Shown: positions 1-10,300, counted from the first letter of the stretch. The stretch is 64,000 bases of DNA from a virus (IMGVR_UViG_3300010352_001127), one strand, 5' to 3'. A program made the numbers and translations. The notes: generated by a model from the sequence alone, not told the origin.

Positions 1-1028
1 GAACTTGAAGTTCCACTAGTTCCAGAAGTACCACCAGTTCCACTAGTTCCACTACTACCTTGTTTTCCAGAAGTACCACTTGTTCCACTAGTTCCATCGG
101 TACCACTTGTTCCACTACTACCAAGAAAACTTCCATCTTTTCCACTAGTTCCACTACTACCAAGAAAACTTCCATCTTTCCCAGATGAACCACTAGTGCC
201 GTCAGCACCAACTCCTCCTGTTCCGAAAGGAACATATGATATTAAATAACTTTCATTATTTGTTAGACTACCATTCGAGCTAATATCTGTAACTCCACTA
301 ATTTGATAAACATATAAATATGGAGTCGTGTTTATAGTAATACCACTTATTATATTATATAATCCAAATATTGAGGGGTTATTGTGCAATTCTATTTTTA
401 ACATGCCGCTTGTCCAAGTATCCAGCCAATTGCTTTGATCAACATTATCTGCATCAACTTGACTTATTCTAAAATATTCTGTAGCACTAAAGTGATCATT
501 TCCGCTGTAGAAATATTTTGAAATTGGTATTGGTTGTGTCGAATCATATACCCATCTTCTAGATGCTCCACCATATCCTGAGAATCCACTAGTTCCGCTA
601 CTACCAAAAAAATCTCCATCTACTCCCGAAGATCCACTTGTTCCAGTAAAACCACTAGACCCACTAGACCCACTAGTACCTTTTCCGCTAGTTCCACTGG
701 TTCCAGTTGTACCACTGGATCCTGTTTTTCCGCTAGTTCCACTAGTTCCTTCTTTTCCACTTGTTCCGCTCGATCCATCCTTTCCGCTACTTCCCGAGAA
801 ACCACTGGTTCCACTTGATCCGAAAAAACTTCCATTCAATCCATCCTTACCAGAAGATCCACTTGTTCCAGCCGTTCCACTTAAAGTAATACCAGATGCT
901 ATATAAGTTATAGTTCCATCGGATTCTTTTTGCCATAAACCATAGTCATCGTGACCTAGATAAATAAAACCAACCTCGGGATTACCAATAACTGTTGGAT
1001 CAATTAATTGTAATTTCTTAAAACTCAC
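1..1028 (-). CDS. Collagen-like fibre protein, paralog of the giant 7329..16070 gene; 5' part only (3' end lies upstream of window start); GTG start
   Basis: Reverse-complement translation from 1028 gives MSFKKLQLIDPTVIGNPEVGFIYLGHDDYGLWQK..., matching the giant ORF N-terminus (MSFKKIQRVDPKLIGNPDPGHIYLGQDF...) and its ~470-aa N-terminal domain (WVYD, SYLISY blocks), then (GTS)n G-X-Y repeats. Initiator codon is GTG at 1028-1026, with an in-frame TAA just upstream and no ATG. Missed by the ORF track because it is partial and non-ATG. Confidence 0.6.
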   Translation of the reverse strand, partial: MSFKKLQLIDPTVIGNPEVGFIYLGHDDYGLWQKESDGTITYIASGITLSGTAGTSGSSGKDGLNGSFFGSSGTSGFSGSSGKDGSSGTSGKEGTSGTSGKTGSSGTTGTSGTSGKGTSGSSGSSGFTGTSGSSGVDGDFFGSSGTSGFSGYGGASRRWVYDSTQPIPISKYFYSGNDHFSATEYFRISQVDADNVDQSNWLDTWTSGMLKIELHNNPSIFGLYNIISGITINTTPYLYVYQISGVTDISSNGSLTNNESYLISYVPFGTGGVGADGTSGSSGKDGSFLGSSGTSGKDGSFLGSSGTSGTDGTSGTSGTSGKQGSSGTSGTGGTSGTSGTSS

Positions 1029-1047
1029 CTCGCGGAGATATTTTTAT

Positions 1048-1062
1048 TCTATATATTAAAAA
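1048..1062 (-). promoter_or_regulatory. Promoter-like box TCTATATATTAAAAA (coding orientation TTTTTAATATATAGA), 20 nt upstream of the GTG start of the 1..1028 gene
   Basis: One member of a recurrent motif found about 15-38 nt upstream of start codons throughout the window. Confidence 0.45.
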
Positions 1063-1082
1063 TTAAAGGAAGAAAAATAAAA

Positions 1083-1823
1083 TTACATTGTCGATGATAT
1101 TATGTTACAAACAACATCCTCGTAAACTTCATAAAATATATAAACTAGCCCGTCTCCACCAGCTCCAGGAACAGAAGCGTTTCCTGTTGTACCGTAAGCG
1201 CCACCTCCACCTCCGCCAGCTTGACGTCCATTGCCACCGAATAAAATTCCAGATGCTCCATTACCACCATTGCCCCCATATTGATTTCCACCATTTCCAC
1301 CAGCACCACCTACTACTCCGCCATTTCCACCTTTACTACCATTTTGTTCTGTTCCGGCTCCGCCTCCGCCGCCACCTCCACGAAGACTGACTCCACCAGC
1401 GCCACCATCGCCTCCATTGTAAGTAGCGTTATTTTCACCCCCTGTGCCTCCTACAGATCCAACACCACCAGCTCCACCAGCAACAGCTCTATTAACTCCT
1501 GTACCACCTCCACCAACAACTAAATTTGATGAATAATCTCCAACTTGACTTAATGATACATAACTATCACCTCCATTAATAACACTATTATTACCACCAG
1601 TACCAACAACTATTTTCATAGTTGTTGGAAGATTTGATGTGTAAGAGAACATGGCACTTCCGCCGCCTCCACCTCCTCCGCCTCCAGTGCTTGCTGCTCC
1701 TAAGGATCCTCTACCACCTCCCCCGATAACGTAAATGGTTAATCCCGTAGTTCCTTGAGGGACCTGTCGATAATAAGTTCCAGGTGTATCATACGTTAAA
1801 GTATCAGCTGGGATTGAATTCAT
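1083..1823 (-). CDS. Glycine-rich (poly-Gly/Gly-Ser/Ala) putative fibre or virion protein; start revised to ATG 1823 (the ORF-track start at 1910 is TTG and overlaps the upstream gene by 73 nt)
   Basis: Long low-complexity Gly tracts (GGGGRGSLGAASTGGGGGGGGGS, GGGGTGVNRAVAGGAGG). The internal ATG at 1823 removes the overlap with the 1838..2677 gene. Confidence 0.45.
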   Translation of the reverse strand: MNSIPADTLTYDTPGTYYRQVPQGTTGLTIYVIGGGGRGSLGAASTGGGGGGGGGSAMFSYTSNLPTTMKIVVGTGGNNSVINGGDSYVSLSQVGDYSSNLVVGGGGTGVNRAVAGGAGGVGSVGGTGGENNATYNGGDGGAGGVSLRGGGGGGGAGTEQNGSKGGNGGVVGGAGGNGGNQYGGNGGNGASGILFGGNGRQAGGGGGGAYGTTGNASVPGAGGDGLVYIFYEVYEDVVCNIISSTM

Positions 1824-1837
1824 ATTAATTATTTTTT

Positions 1838-2677
1838 TTATGTTCCTGTCAAAGTAACGACTAATTGATTGACAGTCCCTGACGCAGAAGCTATATACAA
1901 GGCTAACCAATCCCCAGCAGAAACGCTAGATCCAGTTTTTCCGCTTGCTCCACCCGTTGTTGCTACTATATCCGATCCAAACAAACTCGATGTAGATCCA
2001 ATAGCTCCATAATATATATTAAAAGTGGCACTCGTATTATTTTGAACATAAGCGTTAGCTACAGTCGGAGCATAAGACGCATTTAATCTGGGGCCTAATA
2101 TAACTCCAGGTCCCGGCGAAGACACTACCCAAGTAAAACTTCTTTCGGGGTATGTGCCAGATGTGCCTGATGAACCAGGACTACCAACGCCAGATGTTCC
2201 TGATGAACCAGGACTACCAACGCCAGATGTGCCACTTGTTCCGCTTGTTCCAGTAGTTATATTAGTTACTTCTTTCACAACATTTCCATCCAATACCAAT
2301 TTTGTACCGTTATCAGCTACAGTATCAACATTTGTCATAGTGAGAGTCGAACCAGTCATCCATATATTAGGAATATAAGATGTATTTGTCGCTGAATCCC
2401 AATAAAAATCTGGATCTGTAGCAAATGAATTATCTATAGTCTGCCATGTTCCAACTCCATTAGCATCTGAAGTTAAAACATATCCATTGGATTGTGATCC
2501 GTCCACTATTCTAATAGTGCCGCCAGAAACAACAATTTTTTGGTCTATCGACCAAGCAGCAGATGTTACACCAACACCAATTCTTTTATTGGTTTTGTCA
2601 ATCATAACAACATCCTCTAACATTAAAGATGTGTTACCAGTTTGAGTATATTCTGTATAAAATTTGGTTTGTGACAT
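1838..2677 (-). CDS. Fibre-like protein with a short collagen-like segment (GTSGTSGTSGVGSPGSSG x2) and a C-terminal Thr/Ser-rich beta-rich domain
   Basis: G-X-Y run with a duplicated PDVPDEPGLPT-encoding segment. Promoter-like box CTATATATAATTTT at 2697-2710 upstream. Confidence 0.5.
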   Translation of the reverse strand: MSQTKFYTEYTQTGNTSLMLEDVVMIDKTNKRIGVGVTSAAWSIDQKIVVSGGTIRIVDGSQSNGYVLTSDANGVGTWQTIDNSFATDPDFYWDSATNTSYIPNIWMTGSTLTMTNVDTVADNGTKLVLDGNVVKEVTNITTGTSGTSGTSGVGSPGSSGTSGVGSPGSSGTSGTYPERSFTWVVSSPGPGVILGPRLNASYAPTVANAYVQNNTSATFNIYYGAIGSTSSLFGSDIVATTGGASGKTGSSVSAGDWLALYIASASGTVNQLVVTLTGT

Positions 2678-2715
2678 TTAAAAATTTCTATTTTTACTAT
2701 ATATAATTTTTTTTG

Positions 2716-3900
2716 TTATGGAAAACATACAGCAACCGGTGTGCTTTTATTTGTAACTGAATTTATTCCTAATTCTCCAAAAGTATTTTCCCCCCAAGAC
2801 CAAGCTTTATTATTTTTATCTAAAGCCAAAGTATTATAACCACCGCTTATGAAATTGAAAGTATGATTTCCACAGACAGCGACCGGAGTTGATACACTTC
2901 CAGACGACGTGTTCGCGCCTAACTGTCCGTCGTTATTCCATCCCCAACACCACGCTTTTCCGTGATTATCTATCGCCATAGAATGATAATTACCAGCTTC
3001 TATATCGCAAAATGTATGACCTCCACAAACAGCCACCGGCGTACTTCTATTAGTTGATGTATTATCTCCCAAAGTACCAACATTGAAATTTGACCCCCAT
3101 GCCCAAGCTTTTCCATGATTGTCTATCGCTAATACGTGATGTTGTCCACAAGATATTTGACAAAATGTATGCGCTCCGCAAACAGCCACTGGTGTACTTC
3201 TATCTGTGGAAATATTATTACCTAAACATCCATACCCATTGTATCCCCATCCCCAAGCTTTGCCATGATTGTCTACGGATGACGAATGACGTTGTCCGCA
3301 ATCTATTAGACAGAATGTATGAGTCCCGTAGACTGCAATTGGTGTGCTTTTACATACCACAGTGTTATCTCCCAATTGTCCATAATTATTATCCCCCCAT
3401 GACCACAATTTACCATTATATCCTAATCCTAAAGTGTTATGACCTTCACTAGTATATCTTCCTCCTACTTTTATATAACAAAAAGTATGATCCCCGCAAA
3501 CAGCCACTGGTATAGATTTTCCATTGGTAGTATTATCTCCCAATTGTCCATAACTATTATTCCCCCAAGTCCAAGCTTTCCCGTCGGTATCTATGGCTGC
3601 GCTGTGTATCCCAGTGTCTATGGCAATAAAATTGCGATTACCAAAAACGGCTCGTGGAATACATTTATCACCGTGTTCATTAATGCCTAATTGTCCATAA
3701 CTATTATCTCCCCAAGTCCAAGCTTTGTTATAAACATCTAAAGCTATGCTATTAAAAGTTCTACCAACAATACTTACAAAATAATCAGTTGATCCAGAAT
3801 CTGTTAAATAAATTAAACAAGGAGACGATATTTCATACGCTATTTTACTATTTCGTAAAACTATTCTATAAATGGCCATAAAAAACAGATTTTTTATCAT
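2716..3900 (-). CDS. RCC1-repeat (beta-propeller) protein, probable fibre / receptor-binding component
   Basis: About 7 repeats of the W(T/A/S)WG.N.YGQLG.N pattern typical of RCC1 / alpha-tubulin-suppressor blades. Start ATG sits in the loop of an inverted repeat. Confidence 0.6.
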   Translation of the reverse strand: MIKNLFFMAIYRIVLRNSKIAYEISSPCLIYLTDSGSTDYFVSIVGRTFNSIALDVYNKAWTWGDNSYGQLGINEHGDKCIPRAVFGNRNFIAIDTGIHSAAIDTDGKAWTWGNNSYGQLGDNTTNGKSIPVAVCGDHTFCYIKVGGRYTSEGHNTLGLGYNGKLWSWGDNNYGQLGDNTVVCKSTPIAVYGTHTFCLIDCGQRHSSSVDNHGKAWGWGYNGYGCLGNNISTDRSTPVAVCGAHTFCQISCGQHHVLAIDNHGKAWAWGSNFNVGTLGDNTSTNRSTPVAVCGGHTFCDIEAGNYHSMAIDNHGKAWCWGWNNDGQLGANTSSGSVSTPVAVCGNHTFNFISGGYNTLALDKNNKAWSWGENTFGELGINSVTNKSTPVAVCFP

Positions 3901-3926
3901 TTTTATATATAAAAAATCTGTTTTCT
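3880..3926 (-). promoter_or_regulatory. Inverted repeat (16-nt arms AAAAAACAGATTTTTT / AAAAAATCTGTTTT) whose loop carries a TATATATA promoter-like box and the ATG of the 2716..3900 gene
   Basis: Arms 3880-3895 and 3911-3924 are reverse complements (14/16). The loop is ATCATTTTTATATAT. The element is homologous to the one at 16077-16120. Confidence 0.5.
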
Positions 3927-3945
3927 TAAAAACGAAATAATAGGA

Positions 3946-4830
3946 TTATATTAGTTTTTTATAATATTCTGCTGTTTTTCGCAAACCTTCCTCCAAAATT
4001 GTTACGGGCGTCCAAGATAAAATGTCTGATGATTTTTTAAAATCAATATTAACAGATTCAAAATTTTTACCGTTTTCTTTGAATATTATTTTTGAATTTG
4101 TTTTTATAACTTTCAATGTGGTATTAGCTAATTCTTTTATTGATGTAAGTGTTTGATTTCCAATATTTAATACAGTTTCAGTAGTTTCTGTATTCATAAA
4201 TTTTATAAAAACATCCAAAAAGTCGTCTATGTAACAAAAAGAATCTATTTGATTACCATCTCCAAAAATTATTAAATCCTCATTTTTTAAAGATTTCATT
4301 ATAAATTGCGGTATAACTCGCGAATCTCCAACTGCCATATTCGGACCATATATACTTTTTAGTCTTGATATTTTTACTTTTGTTGAAAATTTCTTTCTAT
4401 ATTCACTACAAAGAGTTTCAGCTACTCTCTTTCCTTCTGTATAACAAGAATTTATGCCAGTGTGATCATATTCGAAAACTCTTACTGTTGAAGAATGCAT
4501 TATTGGAATATCCAATTTTGTAGCTAATTCTAACGCATTTCTTGTTCCATAAATATTGGTTTCTAATGTTTTTAGAGGATCTTTGCGATAATGATCTGGG
4601 GCGGCAGGGCTTGCCAAATTATATATTTGATTAATATCCGATATGTTTATTTCCTTACGTATATCATGATTTATTAAATGAAAATTTTCATTTTTTGTGA
4701 AATTGATGACATTATTTTTGGAACTGGTTGAAAAATCATCCAAGCAATAAACCGTGTTGCCTTGATATAACAAACTCTTACAAAGATTAGAACCTATAAA
4801 ACCGCTACCTCCTAAAACTAAAATTTTCAT
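3946..4830 (-). CDS. NAD(P)-dependent sugar epimerase/dehydratase (extended SDR family)
   Basis: N-terminal Rossmann motif MKILVLGGSGFIGSNL, 294 aa. Last gene of the 6442->3946 operon. Confidence 0.6.
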   Translation of the reverse strand: MKILVLGGSGFIGSNLCKSLLYQGNTVYCLDDFSTSSKNNVINFTKNENFHLINHDIRKEINISDINQIYNLASPAAPDHYRKDPLKTLETNIYGTRNALELATKLDIPIMHSSTVRVFEYDHTGINSCYTEGKRVAETLCSEYRKKFSTKVKISRLKSIYGPNMAVGDSRVIPQFIMKSLKNEDLIIFGDGNQIDSFCYIDDFLDVFIKFMNTETTETVLNIGNQTLTSIKELANTTLKVIKTNSKIIFKENGKNFESVNIDFKKSSDILSWTPVTILEEGLRKTAEYYKKLI

Positions 4831-4841
4831 AATTTAACAAC

Positions 4842-5759
4842 TCATATATTTTGACAATTTTTATCTTTGAATTTTCCATCCGGATCTTTATATAAATAAG
4901 GTGTCCAAAATCCAAATTCATTAACAATTAAAAACATACCATATCTTTTGGCTATATTATTTCTGTAACGAAAATCTTTATATGAAGCAAGACTTTCTGG
5001 ATTGCCCATATAAGGCTTTCCTTCATTTAAGACGTATCTATTCATCATTATTTTTCTAGATTTACCCTTCAATTTTTCTAAGTGATAAGAAGATATATCA
5101 TCTATTTTTTCTATGCTTAATCTGCGACGGAGCGGACAAGCCATTCCGCATTTTGGGCAGAATTGTTCCATCTGCTCACGATAATCTTTGCGTGTGCGTT
5201 TCCACCAACCATGTTCAACTTCCCAACCATCGGGTCCATCATACAACATAGCGAAAGCTGCGGCCATTTCGCAGAAATAAGCCCCCTTTGGATTAATAGA
5301 AGCACTCCAAGATTCCTGCGCCCAACAATGATCTATATAATACCACATATCATCTTTATCCTTAATCACTTCATCTATAGCCACAAGAGCTGGATGATGA
5401 TATATGTCATCGCGAGTGTGATCGTTTATAAAAATATGACCGAATGTTCTTACAATAACTTCACGATAATGTTCGTATCCTTTTGGAAGAGTTGTCCAAA
5501 GACCTAATTGTTCCTTTGGAAATTTTGATGCTGCATAATCACAAAATTTTTCAAACTCTGGATGAAGGATTGGTTCGCCTCCTTGAAAACCAACCATTTT
5601 TTTAAAACCTTCAAAAGAATCTATTGCTTCTTTGAATTTTTCAAATGAAAGATAGAAAACTTTTCCATGACCGACAAATCTCGTACAATTACTACATAAA
5701 TTACGACAACAATTTGTAATTTCGATTTGAATTGTATCTTGATCCCTCAAATTTATCAT
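4842..5759 (-). CDS. Radical SAM enzyme with a C-terminal Cys cluster (SPASM/twitch-like); start revised to ATG 5759 (ATGA overlap with upstream stop)
   Basis: CxxxCxxC motif in ITNCCRNLCSNCTRF. A second Cys cluster CPKCGMACP lies near the C-terminus. The ORF-track start at 5768 is TTG. Confidence 0.55.
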   Translation of the reverse strand: MINLRDQDTIQIEITNCCRNLCSNCTRFVGHGKVFYLSFEKFKEAIDSFEGFKKMVGFQGGEPILHPEFEKFCDYAASKFPKEQLGLWTTLPKGYEHYREVIVRTFGHIFINDHTRDDIYHHPALVAIDEVIKDKDDMWYYIDHCWAQESWSASINPKGAYFCEMAAAFAMLYDGPDGWEVEHGWWKRTRKDYREQMEQFCPKCGMACPLRRRLSIEKIDDISSYHLEKLKGKSRKIMMNRYVLNEGKPYMGNPESLASYKDFRYRNNIAKRYGMFLIVNEFGFWTPYLYKDPDGKFKDKNCQNI

Positions 5760-6442
5760 AATCCCCAAGATTTTTTTCTATCTATGAGTCTTACTACTTT
5801 TTCTTCGACTGGCATGGCATAATTATGATATAAGAAGCTGAGATAATCCATGTCATATTTAGCGAAGAAATCTTTAAACATCACGAATTTTAATCCAAAT
5901 TTTGCGATGTTTCTTGACAACACATAATCGTCAATAAGACTTCTTGGAGTTACTCCATTGTCCGATTCTGATTTTGTTGGGAATATATTATTAGCTGCTT
6001 CATCGGGAGTTAGATCATCTAAAGGTCTCCATAGATCTATGCACCAATCGCTGGCTATTGTAAACCAATTGCAACTTCCGATATTCCTACCATCTCTTAG
6101 AAAATATTCATCGTAACGCCAACGAAGTGATGCCATATCCATCGCTGAGTGAGCAACCGTGTCTTTTGACATTTGTGTAGTTATATCAAATATATCTGGA
6201 TGTATTAAAGCATCACAATCTACATAAATATTCCAATCATTTTTCATTTCTTTTCCGAGTTCGTATATTTGCATTTTTTCATATGTTATATACCACTCTG
6301 GAAATTTACGCTCTTTTATGACATAAAAATCAGCTCCTATTTTATGAGCGTATTTTTTTATATATGGATATGTAATATCTGTTATATCCTTTGAATATTC
6401 ATCGTTAATATTCAAAGTGAAAATTGTTTTCTTTAATCTCAC
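5756..6442 (-). CDS. GT-A-like nucleotide-sugar transferase candidate (DxD-type motif IYVDCDALI); GTG start
   Basis: Hydrophobic stretch + D-C-D + hydrophobic context resembles the DXD motif of GT-A fold transferases. No other family signature is visible. First gene of the operon. Confidence 0.3.
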   Translation of the reverse strand: MRLKKTIFTLNINDEYSKDITDITYPYIKKYAHKIGADFYVIKERKFPEWYITYEKMQIYELGKEMKNDWNIYVDCDALIHPDIFDITTQMSKDTVAHSAMDMASLRWRYDEYFLRDGRNIGSCNWFTIASDWCIDLWRPLDDLTPDEAANNIFPTKSESDNGVTPRSLIDDYVLSRNIAKFGLKFVMFKDFFAKYDMDYLSFLYHNYAMPVEEKVVRLIDRKKSWGL

Positions 6443-6541
6443 TGTAAAAGATTTTTTGATTTATATAAGAAAAAAAATTGAAAAGTTTTATTTTATATTT
6501 TGATTTTTAATATAATATGATTAATTATATTAATATCGATT

Positions 6542-6913
6542 TTATGCATAAGCATCGTCGTCAACAGTTATTAGTGTATTATCTACAGTAACATAAGTAG
6601 TATCTACTAGTACATGAAAACGAGCTTCACACGCACCGCCAAGTAAATTAATAAATTTATCTGTTGCTCCGAGTAAAGTATCACCCAGAGTAGTTCCACT
6701 CAAGCTTATTATTATTGTATCTCCATACAATGTTACACCGGTGTCCCCAGCCAAATCAGATATGAATTTTTGACCTATTAATGTTGTTGATTTATCAGCA
6801 TCTCCTATTAAGTCATCAATTTCTTTTTGACCGGAAAGAGAGCTTGTATATTTGGTACCACCCTCAATAACAATTTTATCTGCAGTAACATCATATAAAT
6901 TACAAGTAGCCAT
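6542..6913 (-). CDS. Hypothetical small fibre-associated protein (internal LIGD/LAGD repeats)
   Basis: ORF packed tandemly between fibre genes; Thr/Gly/Asp-rich with short internal repeats. Confidence 0.35.
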   Translation of the reverse strand: MATCNLYDVTADKIVIEGGTKYTSSLSGQKEIDDLIGDADKSTTLIGQKFISDLAGDTGVTLYGDTIIISLSGTTLGDTLLGATDKFINLLGGACEARFHVLVDTTYVTVDNTLITVDDDAYA

Positions 6914-6930
6914 ATACTTTATATTTTATT

Positions 6931-7269
6931 TTATGATGTTAATAAAACAGGCAAAATTGTAACCGTGCCGATAGCTGGTGTTGTTGGTTGACCAACAGTG
7001 TCAACAAGTCTTAACTCATGATAATAACTACCAGCTGTAATTCCAGTTGTATCAGCAGGTTCTAATGTCACTGTAACATTCTTACCAGACAATGTTATAC
7101 CAAAGCCACCAGACGTTTTTAAAATAGCCTGTGATCCAGTAGCTTCTTCTGTAGTGGACATAGCCCATTCGGCTGTTCCGCCAGTAACAGTAGATACATC
7201 CTCGATATAAAACACAATTTGTCTGTAGTTACCTTTCCATGTTGTAAAATCTTGATTTGTTTTTCCCAT
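6931..7269 (-). CDS. Hypothetical Thr/Gly-rich beta-rich (Ig-like?) small virion protein
   Basis: ORF directly downstream of the giant fibre gene; promoter-like box at 7291-7305. Confidence 0.35.
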   Translation of the reverse strand: MGKTNQDFTTWKGNYRQIVFYIEDVSTVTGGTAEWAMSTTEEATGSQAILKTSGGFGITLSGKNVTVTLEPADTTGITAGSYYHELRLVDTVGQPTTPAIGTVTILPVLLTS

Positions 7270-7290
7270 TTTATTTTTTATTTTTTATTT

Positions 7291-7305
7291 TTATATATTA
7301 AAAAA
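7291..7305 (-). promoter_or_regulatory. Promoter-like box TTATATATTAAAAA upstream of 6931..7269
   Basis: Motif family member. Confidence 0.4.
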
Positions 7306-7328
7306 TATATTTTTTTAATTCTATTCTA

Positions 7329-10300
7329 TTATATTTCAGTGTTGTTAGCAGAAACATAGGAGTATTCAATGACATCAACAGTATATTTCAATTGAAGTTT
7401 ATAACTTGGCGATGGATCCCATCCAGTAGCACTCCTTAAATTATTTTTTAATAATAGATACGGTTTACTGCTATATATTAGAGCTTCCGCATCTATATCA
7501 TTAGGACCTATTTGTCCTTGTGTATCTATCGATGCGTGACGACCCGGAGATGGTGTTTCTGAATTATACTTAACCCAATACCCAGAATGTTGAACTGTTT
7601 TAGTATCTGTTACATAATTAGTATAGCTACCAGTTTGATCTACAAAGACGTTGAAACGATATTCTCTCATCGCTGCCAATGAATAATCGATTGCTGTCAT
7701 TTGTGAAGTAGTGCCAGTATCCATTAAGTGATCCATATAGTAGTAACAATTAACCTTAACAGAGAATCCACTAGTTCCATTTCCACCTGTAACTCCGTGT
7801 GTTGTGGATAAGTCTATTTTACTTTGTGAAGCCCAAGCTGTGGCCCAACTAAACGGAGGTATATCATTTACATAATAATACGTTACTCCAATTCCAGAGG
7901 TTCCACTACTGCCTGTTATTCCTGATGTTCCACTAGTTCCTGAAGTGCCACTAACGCCACTAGTTCCACTGGTGCCATCATTTCCAGATGTTCCGCTTGT
8001 TCCTCTAGCTCCAGATGTTCCGCTAGTTCCACTACTGCCTTGTTTTCCAGATGTTCCACTAGTTCCACTAGTGCCACCTGTTCCACTGGTTCCTGATGTA
8101 CCTCCAGTTCCACTAGTTCCACTACTACCTGTTATTCCAGCGGTTCCGCTAGTTCCTGATGTACCGCCAGTGCCGCTAGTTCCACTACTGCCTTGTTTTC
8201 CAGATGTTCCACTAGTTCCACTTGTACCGCCTGTGCCTGAAGTACCACCAGTGCCATCATGTCCAGATGTTCCGCTTGTTCCACTACTACCATCATTTCC
8301 AGATGTTCCACTTGTACCGCCAGTACCATTTGTTCCTGATGTACCTCCAGTTCCACTAGTTCCACTACTACCTTGTCTTCCAGAAGTACCACTGGTTCCA
8401 CTTGTACCGCCTGTACCATTTGTTCCTGATGTACCTCCAGTTCCACTGGTTCCGCTACTACCATCATTTCCAGATGTGCCTGAAGTACCACCTGTTCCGC
8501 TAGTTCCAGAAGTACCACTACTACCATCATTACCAGATGTTCCACTGGTTCCGCTACTACCATCATTTCCAGATGTTCCGCTAGTTCCACTACTACCATC
8601 ATGTCCGGATGTTCCACTAGTTCCACTAGTTCCACCTGTGCCATTTGTTCCTGATGTACCACCAGTTCCACTAGTTCCACTACTGCCTTGTTTTCCAGAA
8701 GTACCACTTGTGCCACTAGTTCCACCCGTACCATTTGTTCCTGATGTACCACCAGTTCCACTGGTTCCACTACTTCCATCATGTCCTGATGTGCCTGAAG
8801 TTCCTCCAGTACCACTAGTTCCACTACTGCCATCATGTCCAGATGTTCCTGAAGTTCCACCCGTGCCTGAAGTACCGCTTGTACCACCAGTGCCATCATG
8901 TCCAGAAGTACCACTAGTTCCACTACTGCCATCGTGACCAGACGTACCTGAAGTACCACTTGTTCCACTAGTTCCTGATGTACCACTTGTTCCTGATGTA
9001 CCACTACTGCCATCGTGACCAGACGTACCTGAAGTACCACTTGTTCCGCTTGTACCACTACTTCCATCATGTCCTGATGTACCTGAAGTTCCTCCAGTAC
9101 CTGAAGTTCCACTACTTCCATCATGACCAGATGTGCCTGCTGTTCCTGAAGTACCACCAGTACCATTGGTTCCTGAAGTTCCGCCCGTTCCTGATGTACC
9201 ACTACTACCATCATTTCCAGATGTTCCACTAGTTCCACCAGTTCCGTTTGTTCCTGAAGTTCCACCAGTTCCACTAGTTCCACTACTCCCTGAAGTACCG
9301 TTTGTTCCAGAAGTGCCTGAAGTGCCTCCAGTTCCACTTGTACCACTACTACCTTGTTTTCCAGAAGTACCACTTGTACCACTACTACCAGAAGCACCTG
9401 AAGTGCCTGAAGTTCCTCCAGTTCCACTAGTTCCACCTGTTCCATTTGTTCCTGATGTCCCACCAGTTCCACTAGTCCCACTACTTCCTGTTAAACCTGA
9501 AGTTCCGCCAGTTCCTGAAGTTCCTCCTGTTCCCGAGGTACCACTACTACCTTGTTTTCCAGAAGTTCCGCTAGTTCCTGAAGTTCCTCCTGTTCCGCTG
9601 GTACCTGAAGTTCCACCAGTGCCACTAGTTCCACTACTACCATCGTGTCCAGATGTTCCACTTGTTCCACTAGTTCCACTACTTCCTGAAGTTCCTCCAG
9701 TTCCACTAGTTCCACTGCTTCCAGAAGTTCCACTAGTCCCAGAAGTACCACTAGTACCTCCAGTACCACTAGTTCCACTACTACCTTGTTTTCCAGAAGT
9801 TCCGCTGGTTCCTGAAGTACCGCTTGTGCCGCCTGTTCCGCTAGTACCTGAAGTACCACCTGTACCACTAGTTCCACTACTGCCATCGTGTCCCGAAGTA
9901 CCACTAGTACCTCCAGTTCCGCTAGTTCCACTACTACCATCATGTCCAGATGTTCCACTAGTTCCACTGCTACCTGAAGTTCCTGAAGTACCATTTGTTC
10001 CACTTGTACCTGAAGTTCCACTTGTACCACTACTACCTTGTTTTCCAGAAGTACCATTTGTACCACTTGTACCACTACTACCTGAAGTTCCACCAGTTCC
10101 AGAAGTACCGCCAGTTCCATTTGTTCCTGAAGTGCCTCCAGTTCCGCTAGTTCCACTAGTTCCACTAGTTCCATCATGACCCGATGTTCCCGAAGTTCCA
10201 CCTGTACCAGATGTTCCTGATGTCCCGCCTGTTCCGCTTGTTCCACTACTTCCATCATGACCCGATGTTCCTGAAGTGCCACCCGTGCCTGAAGTACCAC

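Noticed and set aside
620-835. 71-aa minus-strand ORF MEVFSDQVEP…
   Set aside because: Alternative frame inside the collagen-like paralog 1..1028; same repeat artefact.
1838-1910. 73-nt overlap between 1838..2677 and the ORF-track version of 1083..1910, as a possible programmed frameshift or overlapping gene
   Set aside because: The 1910 start is a TTG artefact. An in-frame ATG at 1823 gives a conventional non-overlapping gene.
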